This document shows, in pieces, positions 39,725-47,341 of a stretch of 64,000 nucleotides of DNA. This DNA comes from Nitrospinales bacterium (GTDB lineage Bacteria > Nitrospinota > Nitrospinia > Nitrospinales > VA-1). Position 1 is the stretch's first letter. Every line of letters starts with the position of its first letter. A program made the translations under genes and the position numbers. The stretch spans positions 3,072,001 to 3,136,000 of the forward strand of contig CBDCWG010000012.1 in the NCBI GenBank assembly GCA_965223345.1. Direction: 5' to 3'. The notes beneath the pieces are model-generated. The model was given only the letters and a program-made list of their open reading frames with translations, did no database searches and was not told the DNA's origin.

Positions 39725-41779
39725 ATGAAGCCCAAAAAGCAAGGCCTGCAGGGAAAACGCGTCCAACTGATCTCCGTTGCGTGGATGCTCGTGCTTGCGC
39801 TCGCAGGCGTCGCTGCCGCCCAGGACGACGGCGAGCCGCATGCCAGGGACCTGGCGAAGTTGAGCCTGGAAGAGTTGATGGACATCAAGGTGACATCCGT
39901 TTCCAAAAAGGAAGAGAATCGCTTCCAGGCGGCAGCGGCGATCCACGTGATCACTCAGGAAGACATCCGCCGTTCCGGTGCGACGACCCTTCCCGATCTG
40001 CTGCGACAGGTTCCCGGAATGCAGGTGGCTCAATTCGACGCCAACACCTGGGCGGTCTCCGCCCGCGGTTTCAATTTTCGCTTTGCCAGCAAGCTGCTGG
40101 TGCTGATCGACGGCCGCTCCATCTATTCGACCATGTTCTCGGGCGTCAACTGGGACGGTCACGATCTGCCCTTTGAAGACATCGAGCGGATCGAAGTGAT
40201 CCGCGGACCGGGCGGAACACTGTGGGGCGCCAACGCCGTCAACGGCGTGATCAACATCATCACCAAGCACACCAAAGACACGCAGGGCGGTTTCGTGAGC
40301 GGCGGCGCCGGCAATGAGGAAAAAGGCTTCACCACCTTCCGCTACGGCGGGAAAGTCGATCCGGAGGCCAAAGCCAATTACCGTGTGTATGGAAAATATT
40401 TCGACCGCGACGATCAGGTCAAGAATACCGGTGCGCCGGGCAACGACGACTTCCATGCCTACCGGGGCGGGTTCCGCGTTGACTGGCAGGCCACGGAAAA
40501 CAACAGCCTGACCTTCACCGGCGACTATTACCAGGGGGAATCAGACGCGGACCTGGAAAATCAGGTGATCGGCCTCACGGCTCCCTTCGTGGCCAGTTTC
40601 AACACCACCATCGAACTGGACGGCGCGCATTTTCTGGCCAAGTGGAAACGCCAGCTTTCGCCGACGTCGGATTTTGCCCTCAAGGTGTATTACAACCGGG
40701 AGAGGCGCCGCAGCCTGTTCATTCCGAAAATCCTGGAAGACACCTTCGACGTCGATTTCCAGCACCACGTCAAGCTGAACGATCGGCACGACCTCATCTG
40801 GGGCGTGGGACAGCGGTTGATCTTCGATTCGCTGGAAAGCAATTTCGCCACTTCGTTCAGCCCGGCGAGCCGGCTGAACCACCGGTTCAGTTTTTTCATT
40901 CAGGATGAGATCACGCTCGTTCCCGACAAATTCCGTTTGACGGTCGGTTCGAAATTCGAGGAAAACAACTACACCGGATTCGAGATCCAGCCCAGCGCCC
41001 GGGTCTTATGGACACCGAACAAGAAGCATTCGGTCTGGGCGGCGGTGTCGCGGGCGGTGAGAACGCCCTCCCGCTCCGAGGATTCCATCCGCATCAACGC
41101 GGCGGTTCAGGCGGGCCCGACCCTGCTCTCCACGTTTGGCAGCAAGAGCTTCGATTCCGAAGACCTGCTTGCGGTGGAGCTGGGCTACCGGGTTCAGCCC
41201 CGCAACGATCTGTTTGTGGACGTCGCCACATTCGCGCATTTTTACGACAGCCTGTTCACGCTGGAACAGGGCGCCACATTTGTGGAAACGACACCGGCTC
41301 CGGCGCACGGGGTCGTGCCTTTCACGGCGGAAAACCGGGGCTCCGGAAGCATCTATGGACTGGAACTGTTCACCCAATGGAACGTCCGCGACTGGTGGCA
41401 ATTGAAAAGCGGGGTCACCTGGTTTTCATTCGATTTCGATCTGGACTCCGGCAGCACCGACACGCTGCTGACCGGTTCCGAAAGCGACAACCCCGACATC
41501 CAGTTTCAGTTGTTCTCCCGCATCGACCTTCCCCACGACGTAGAATTCGACACCGCCCTGTATTACGTAGACGACCTGGAAAACCTGAATGTTCCCGATT
41601 ACACCCGGCTGGATCTCAGACTGGGATGGCACCCCACCGACTCCATCGAGCTCAGCCTCGTGGGTCAGAATCTGCTCGATCCGGAACATCCCGAATTCGG
41701 CACCACGGTGCTCGCCGCAGGCGTTGCGACCCAGGTTCAGCGTTCGGTTTACGGCAAAGTCACCTGGCGGTTTGACTGA
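39725..41779 (+). CDS. TonB-dependent receptor
   Basis: LSLEELM..VTSVSK, plug motifs LVLIDGR and IERIEVIRGPGGTLWGANAVNGVINIITK, NLLD, C-terminal WRF. Confidence 0.95.
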   Translation: MKPKKQGLQGKRVQLISVAWMLVLALAGVAAAQDDGEPHARDLAKLSLEELMDIKVTSVSKKEENRFQAAAAIHVITQEDIRRSGATTLPDLLRQVPGMQVAQFDANTWAVSARGFNFRFASKLLVLIDGRSIYSTMFSGVNWDGHDLPFEDIERIEVIRGPGGTLWGANAVNGVINIITKHTKDTQGGFVSGGAGNEEKGFTTFRYGGKVDPEAKANYRVYGKYFDRDDQVKNTGAPGNDDFHAYRGGFRVDWQATENNSLTFTGDYYQGESDADLENQVIGLTAPFVASFNTTIELDGAHFLAKWKRQLSPTSDFALKVYYNRERRRSLFIPKILEDTFDVDFQHHVKLNDRHDLIWGVGQRLIFDSLESNFATSFSPASRLNHRFSFFIQDEITLVPDKFRLTVGSKFEENNYTGFEIQPSARVLWTPNKKHSVWAAVSRAVRTPSRSEDSIRINAAVQAGPTLLSTFGSKSFDSEDLLAVELGYRVQPRNDLFVDVATFAHFYDSLFTLEQGATFVETTPAPAHGVVPFTAENRGSGSIYGLELFTQWNVRDWWQLKSGVTWFSFDFDLDSGSTDTLLTGSESDNPDIQFQLFSRIDLPHDVEFDTALYYVDDLENLNVPDYTRLDLRLGWHPTDSIELSLVGQNLLDPEHPEFGTTVLAAGVATQVQRSVYGKVTWRFD

Positions 41780-41787
41780 ATTAGCCT

Positions 41788-41811
41788 GAGAAAAGGCGTT
41801 CGCCTTTTCTC
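41788..41811. other. Intergenic hairpin
   Basis: GAGAAAAGGCG-TT-CGCCTTTTCTC perfect inverted repeat between the receptor and yfiR-like genes. Confidence 0.6.
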
Positions 41812-41872
41812 GTTGCTGGCTTAAAGAAATCGATCAAAAAAAATCACATGCGAAAATGCGGAGCGCATTTTG

Positions 41873-42433
41873 ATGGATAGGTACGTCAAAATATTTATCA
41901 TTGTGCCGGCCCTGCTGTGGGGTCTTGCGCTATCGCTCGCCGTTTCCCAGGCCGCCGCGCCGCTCGAATACCAGGTGAAGGCGGCCTTCGTCTACAAGTT
42001 CACCAAGTTCGTCGAATGGCCTGCGGACCGGCTCAACTCGCGCGACGAGCCGATCGTCATCGGCGTTCTCGGGGAAAGCCCGATCACCGAGGCGCTCCAG
42101 TCTTTGACGCAGGAGCAGACCGAGGGCCAGCGGCTTGAGGTCCGGCATGTGATCGACCCTGGCTCGATCTCCGGCCTGCACATCCTGTTCATCAGCCCCA
42201 CGGACGTCTCCCAGCTGCTACAGGTTCTCGATTCCGCCAACGGCTCCCACGTTTTGACCGTCAGCGAAAACGACGGTTACGCTTCGATGGGGGTGATGGT
42301 GAATTTTTATATCGACCGGGAAAAAATCCGGCTGGAAATCAACAACGAGGCCGCCAAGGAAGCGGGATTGAAAATCAGCTCGAAATTGTTGCGACTGGCA
42401 AAAATCGTTCGCAGTCAAAACAAAGGGAAGTGA
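41873..42433 (+). CDS. YfiR-family (DUF4154) periplasmic protein
   Basis: EYQVKAAFVYKFTKFVEWP, LEIN..AA..AGLKISSKLLRLA. Confidence 0.92.
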   Translation: MDRYVKIFIIVPALLWGLALSLAVSQAAAPLEYQVKAAFVYKFTKFVEWPADRLNSRDEPIVIGVLGESPITEALQSLTQEQTEGQRLEVRHVIDPGSISGLHILFISPTDVSQLLQVLDSANGSHVLTVSENDGYASMGVMVNFYIDREKIRLEINNEAAKEAGLKISSKLLRLAKIVRSQNKGK

Positions 42434-42434
42434 G

Positions 42435-44405
42435 ATGCGTTTTTTAAACAATGTATCGATAAAACGGAAACTGACCTGGATCATCATGCTGACCAGTTGC
42501 ACGGCGCTGCTGATCGCCTGCCTGTCGTTCGCACTGTTCGAGATGGCGCAGTTCCGCTCGTCCATGATCCGCGAGATGTCCAGCGTCGCCGACATCATCG
42601 GCTCCAACAGCGCCGCGCCGCTGGAGTTCAGGGACCCGGACGCCGCCGGTGAAACGCTCGAAGCGTTGAGCGCGGACCCGCGCATCGTCGCCGCCGTGAT
42701 CTATTCGAAAAACCGGCAGATCTTCACGTCCTATCAGAGCGACTCCGCCGGGGATGTCGTTCTGCCCCAGACTCCGAGGGAGGACGGCGATTTTCTGGAA
42801 TCGGGGCACCTGTCGATTTTCCGGCCGATCATTTTCGACGGCAACCGGATCGGCACCATTTTCATCAAGTCCGACCTGCGCGATTTGAGAACCCGCCTCG
42901 AGCAGTACGGGATCATCATGGCGGGGGTGCTCCTGGCTTCGGTGCTGACGGCGTTTCTGCTCTCGTCCTCGCTGCAGAAACGGGTGTCTTTGCCGATCCT
43001 GCATCTGGCGGAAACGGCCAGCCAGGTCTCCAAGGAAAAGGACTACTCCATTCGCGTGGAAAAGGAAAGCCGGGACGAAGTCGGCCTGCTGTTCGACCGC
43101 TTCAACGAAATGTTCGCGCAGATTCAGGATCGGGACACCGCGCTGCAGAACGCGCACGACGAGCTGGAAGAACGGGTGATCGAACGGACGAAGGAACTCA
43201 ATCTCGCCAAGGACCAGGCGGAAAAAGCCAGCATGGCGAAATCCGAGTTTCTGTCGCGCATGAGCCACGAGCTGCGCACACCGATGAACGCCATCCTGGG
43301 ATTCGGCCAGCTGCTGAAGATCAATGGCGGCAAACCCCTGCCCGACCGGCAGGACAAGCGCATCCAGCAAATCCTCACGGCCGGCAAGCATCTGCTGGAG
43401 CTGATCAATGAGATTCTGGACCTTTCCCGCATCGAAGCCGGGAAGCTTTCCCTCTCGAAGGAAAACGTGGCCGTCGATACGGTGGTGAGCGAGGCGCTGT
43501 TGCTGATCCTGCCGCAGGCGCAAAAGAAGCGCATCCACATCGAAAACCGCATCGAGAAAATGGCAACCGGTCCGTTCGTCATCGCCGACAGGATCAAACT
43601 CAAGCAGGTGCTTCTCAACCTGATGTCCAACGCCGTCAAGTACAACCGCGACAACGGTTCCGTGACGATCGATTGTGAAAAGCTGCCGGAAGGCAAAGTC
43701 CGCATCCACGTCACCGACACCGGCAAAGGGCTTTCTGAACAAGACCAGCGCCACATCTTCGAGCCGTTCAACCGGCTGGATGCGGACCATTCGGAAGCCG
43801 AAGGAACGGGCATCGGCCTCAGCATCACCCAACGGCTGATGGAGCTCATGGACGGAAGCATCGAGGTGCGGAGCACGGTCGGTGAAGGCAGCACGTTCAG
43901 CATCGAACTGCCGGAAGGCGAGGAAGTCCAGGAAACGGACGAAAGCCTCCTGCAGGCCGGGCTGGCGCTGGACTCCGATCCGGAAAATGGACAGGACCCG
44001 GAGAAACGCTTCACCCTGCTTTATGTGGAGGACAACCCCGCGAACCTGGAAGTGGTGCGGGAGCTCCTCGAATTCCGCAAGGACCTGAAGCTTTTGACCA
44101 CATCGCAGGCGCATTCGGGCATCGAGCTTGCGCGGTCCCACCGGCCGCACCTGATTCTCCTGGATATCCACCTGCCCGAGCTCGACGGCCTGGGGATCCT
44201 GAAACGGCTCAAGGCGCGCGAAGAGACGCGCTCGATTCCCGTGATCGCGGTCAGCGCCAATGCGATGGAGTCCGACATTCAACGCGCGCTCTCGGTCGGT
44301 TTCGACGCGTACGTCACCAAACCGTTCGATCTGCAGGTTTTGATGAAAGAAATCGATCACATATTGAAAAACGACCCCCGGGTCGAAAGAACCAGTACCA
44401 CCTAA
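42435..44405 (+). CDS. Membrane hybrid histidine kinase (periplasmic sensor-HAMP-HisKA-HATPase-REC)
   Basis: YfiN-like N-terminal sensor (NSAAPLEF.D..AA.ETL), [23 protein letters not shown] domain. Confidence 0.93.
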   Translation: MRFLNNVSIKRKLTWIIMLTSCTALLIACLSFALFEMAQFRSSMIREMSSVADIIGSNSAAPLEFRDPDAAGETLEALSADPRIVAAVIYSKNRQIFTSYQSDSAGDVVLPQTPREDGDFLESGHLSIFRPIIFDGNRIGTIFIKSDLRDLRTRLEQYGIIMAGVLLASVLTAFLLSSSLQKRVSLPILHLAETASQVSKEKDYSIRVEKESRDEVGLLFDRFNEMFAQIQDRDTALQNAHDELEERVIERTKELNLAKDQAEKASMAKSEFLSRMSHELRTPMNAILGFGQLLKINGGKPLPDRQDKRIQQILTAGKHLLELINEILDLSRIEAGKLSLSKENVAVDTVVSEALLLILPQAQKKRIHIENRIEKMATGPFVIADRIKLKQVLLNLMSNAVKYNRDNGSVTIDCEKLPEGKVRIHVTDTGKGLSEQDQRHIFEPFNRLDADHSEAEGTGIGLSITQRLMELMDGSIEVRSTVGEGSTFSIELPEGEEVQETDESLLQAGLALDSDPENGQDPEKRFTLLYVEDNPANLEVVRELLEFRKDLKLLTTSQAHSGIELARSHRPHLILLDIHLPELDGLGILKRLKAREETRSIPVIAVSANAMESDIQRALSVGFDAYVTKPFDLQVLMKEIDHILKNDPRVERTSTT

Positions 44406-44420
44406 TAATTGAGGATTGCC

Positions 44421-44972
44421 ATGATTAAAGAAGAACAGCTGTTGAATTCCAAAATTCTGATCATCGACGATGAAACCGCCAACGTCTGCCTGCTCGAAGA
44501 CCTGCTCGGAGAAAGGGGATACAAGAATCTGAAAATCGTGACGGATTCCAGGCTGGCGTTCGAAACCTACAAACAGTTCAAGCCGGACCTGATCCTGCTC
44601 GACCTGAATATGCCGCATGTGGACGGCATGACGCTGCTGAAGCAGTTCAACAATGTCGAAAAGGACAACTACGCCCCTGTCATGATTTTGACGGCACAGA
44701 GCGACAACGAAATCCGCTTCGAGGCTCTGGAAGCGGGCGCCAAAGACTTTCTCAGCAAGCCCTTCGACCTGTTTGAAGTCATATTGAGGATCAAAAACAT
44801 GCTGGAAGTGCGTTTGCTGGTGAACCAGCTGAGCAAATACAACGCCATTCTCGAGGAAAAAATCCAGGACCGCAATCTCGACCTCGCGGAATCCCAGTCG
44901 CGGCTGGAACACGAGATTGCAGAACGGGAAAAAGTAATGCGGCAGCTCAAGCGCAGTTCGGAAAGGGCGTGA
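44421..44972 (+). CDS. Response regulator (REC + coiled coil, no output domain)
   Basis: ILIIDD, LLDLNMP, ILTA and FLSKP; GAGG RBS. Confidence 0.9.
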   Translation: MIKEEQLLNSKILIIDDETANVCLLEDLLGERGYKNLKIVTDSRLAFETYKQFKPDLILLDLNMPHVDGMTLLKQFNNVEKDNYAPVMILTAQSDNEIRFEALEAGAKDFLSKPFDLFEVILRIKNMLEVRLLVNQLSKYNAILEEKIQDRNLDLAESQSRLEHEIAEREKVMRQLKRSSERA

Positions 44973-45187
44973 GTTTTTTCCATTCACACTAAAATTTATT
45001 AAAATCATACTTAAAGAAAGGGGTTTTTCGATGCGGTCATTTGTATGACTGTAATGTCAAATTATTGCCGACAACACATATCATCTTCCATTTACACGAC
45101 TTCTTCCGCTGCCATTCGCGCTCTCACCGCTTTCGTTGTTGTGAAATAAAAATCGTTTCAAATCCCTCTCTTAGTGCGAGAAAAGAC

Positions 45188-45217
45188 TTTACATCCTGAT
45201 ATCGATTAGGATATAAA
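45188..45217 (+). promoter_or_regulatory. Sigma-70-like promoter overlapped by an imperfect palindrome
   Basis: TTTACA-18-TATAAA; the 14-nt arms of TTTACATCCTGATA-TC-GATTAGGATATAAA match at 11/14. Confidence 0.45.
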
Positions 45218-45331
45218 AGCCAAATCGCTCGCAAACTATTACTAAAAAATCAGTGATTTATAAGCATAAAAATGAAGTGCTTTTTTAACTCTCGCGCCTG
45301 AATACGTGAATCACGAAACGGAAATCGAGCC

Positions 45332-46051
45332 ATGAACAATCCTCTATTCTATTCACCGGTTGCCAAGCGGCCGAGTGTTGCCGCCAAGACAGGTGTGTGT
45401 GAAAAAGGGGACCGCAATTATGAAGCTGTGTCCAAAATGGCGCGAAAAACATTTCTCAAGACTTTGGGATTCCCCACCCCCGCTCCGGAAAACTGCAAGT
45501 TCGTGTATGTCCAGGTGATGCCCAAAATCGATGTCGAGAAATCCGAGTCCAGCCGACGGCACAATGAAATCATCGCGGGGCTGGGCGTCACCGAACTCGC
45601 CGCCATTCCCAGAGGGAAAAGTTTCGCCGAACGGTGTATTTCCGAAAAGCTGTTCGACAACCTCAAAAACCGGTTCGGAGAAAAAGTAGACCGGAACAAA
45701 TGCGGTTACATAGGCAGCCTGTTCATCAACAAGAACTACAAGGAAAAAGACCTGATCTTTCTTTTGCTCCTGGCGGAATTGATGAAAACCGGCACCGCAC
45801 ACGGTCTGGAATACGGTCTGTGCATCCCCACCAAGGTGATTTTAAAAAGGCTCGACGACTTGCAGATCCCCTATCTGCGATTGGGCAAAATCGACCACAT
45901 CAACGGAAACGGTGAACAGTTCGACCTTTCGGAAAAATACAAAAGCGGTTTGAACCGCTGGCTGAACCTGAAGCCGGAACTGCTGCTGATCGGCAAATCG
46001 GATGTGGACAAACGGAATGTCAAAAACCAGCTGGATGTTTTCAAGATCTGA
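45332..46051 (+). CDS. Thermostable-hemolysin-family-like (probable GNAT/acyl-synthase fold) protein
   Basis: Motif order IIAGLG..SFAERC..VDR..GYIGSL..GLEYGLCIPT..LKRL..LQIP resembles that family by eye; adjacent to an HO-like diiron gene. Confidence 0.5.
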   Translation: MNNPLFYSPVAKRPSVAAKTGVCEKGDRNYEAVSKMARKTFLKTLGFPTPAPENCKFVYVQVMPKIDVEKSESSRRHNEIIAGLGVTELAAIPRGKSFAERCISEKLFDNLKNRFGEKVDRNKCGYIGSLFINKNYKEKDLIFLLLLAELMKTGTAHGLEYGLCIPTKVILKRLDDLQIPYLRLGKIDHINGNGEQFDLSEKYKSGLNRWLNLKPELLLIGKSDVDKRNVKNQLDVFKI

Positions 46052-46109
46052 CGGATGAGCCGCCCCTTGAAAAACGCAGGCTGATACGTATTGAGAAGGA
46101 GATCCCTGG

Positions 46110-46823
46110 ATGGAAACCTTTAGACTGTTGAAAGACGAATTCGACCTTGCTGCGAAGGATTTTTTGCAAAGCCCCCCGCTTATACGGGTGTTTCAGGAAG
46201 ACATCACACTGGAGCATTACAAATCCCTGCTGAGGCAGTTGTTCCACCAGGTGAGGGACAACCCCCAGGTCATGATACTGGCCTCCGTCTATTTCAAGGG
46301 CGACCAGCGCGAGGTCGTGAAAAGCCTGTGCAAGCATGCGGTTTCGGAGATGGGGCACGACGAGCTGGCGCGCAACGACCTGCGGATGCTGGGCGACGAT
46401 GTGGAAACTCTGCCTTATGAAAATCCGCTTCCTTCCACGATGGCGCTTTTGAGCTTCGCCTTCTACCAGGTCACCAACCTGAATGCGGTCGGGCTGTTGG
46501 GATACGTGTTTTTCCTGGAATTTCTCGCGACCGCGCAGGGCGGCGTTTTTGTGGAAAAACTGAGCAAGCTGGGCATCCCCAAACCGGCGATGTCTTTCAT
46601 CATGGACCACACCGAATTCGATGTCGCCCACAACCGGCTGATGGAAGAATACGTGGACAAACTGGTGGTATCCGAGGAGGAGTTCGATTCCGTCGTCTAC
46701 TCGATGAAAGTAACCGCCGATCTCTACGCGAAGATGATCCAGGGCGCGTTCGACCAGGTGGATAACCCCAAAGACTGGGGCCTGTCGAGCGTGGAGCGCA
46801 AATTTGCGGGCAAGGGCGTGTGA
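46110..46823 (+). CDS. Heme-oxygenase-like diiron enzyme (iron-containing redox enzyme family)
   Basis: All-helical; H..SE.GH, LE and H...D..H ligand pattern (HAVSEMGH, FFLE, HTEFDVAH). Confidence 0.85.
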   Translation: METFRLLKDEFDLAAKDFLQSPPLIRVFQEDITLEHYKSLLRQLFHQVRDNPQVMILASVYFKGDQREVVKSLCKHAVSEMGHDELARNDLRMLGDDVETLPYENPLPSTMALLSFAFYQVTNLNAVGLLGYVFFLEFLATAQGGVFVEKLSKLGIPKPAMSFIMDHTEFDVAHNRLMEEYVDKLVVSEEEFDSVVYSMKVTADLYAKMIQGAFDQVDNPKDWGLSSVERKFAGKGV

Positions 46824-47341
46824 GCCCTTCTCCCGCCGCTATAGGGCGCAGCGCCCTATTCCTCGGCTCATCGCCTCTTCTGAGCGCTCCTGTGTGACCC
46901 CGCAGAAGCCACGCCACGGGCCCGATCCGACCCCCAACGGGGGGCCGACACCACCCCGGAAATCCCGTTTTCAGCCGATTCCTCCCCGGCATTTTCCCAG
47001 CAAACTCGTACCCCTATACCGGTATTTTTAACCGGCCCGGTTCCCGCATCCGAACCGGCAAATTACCCCAGTCCGGGTACTTTTTTTGCCCGTTTGAATG
47101 CGGTTCGCTGGCATCTCTCCCAGGCCCGGGCAGCCGCGCGGCCCGCGAAAAAGCCTGAAAAACCGCCTGTTTTGGCCTGTGCGCCAGGACTTGAGCGAAG
47201 CGTCTTGAGAATGAGACGGCGCTTGTTGGAGTTTCATAAAATTACCCCTAAACTTTCTATCTTCATCTGACGATTAGCGAGATTCTTTGAGTTAAATTAT
47301 CGGACTTGCTATACTTGTAAACACACCCGACACTATTTCCC

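Noticed and set aside
42444..45008. 854-aa antisense ORF (also 12647-14134, 9799-11058, 14095-15312, 2454-3644, 48386-49594 and others)
   Set aside because: Shadow ORFs opposite well-supported genes, expected from GC-rich codon bias; no recognisable motifs
45193..45210. Canonical lux box
   Set aside because: Spacing is CT-N10-AG rather than CT-N12-AG, and no LuxR gene is in the window; kept only as a generic palindrome
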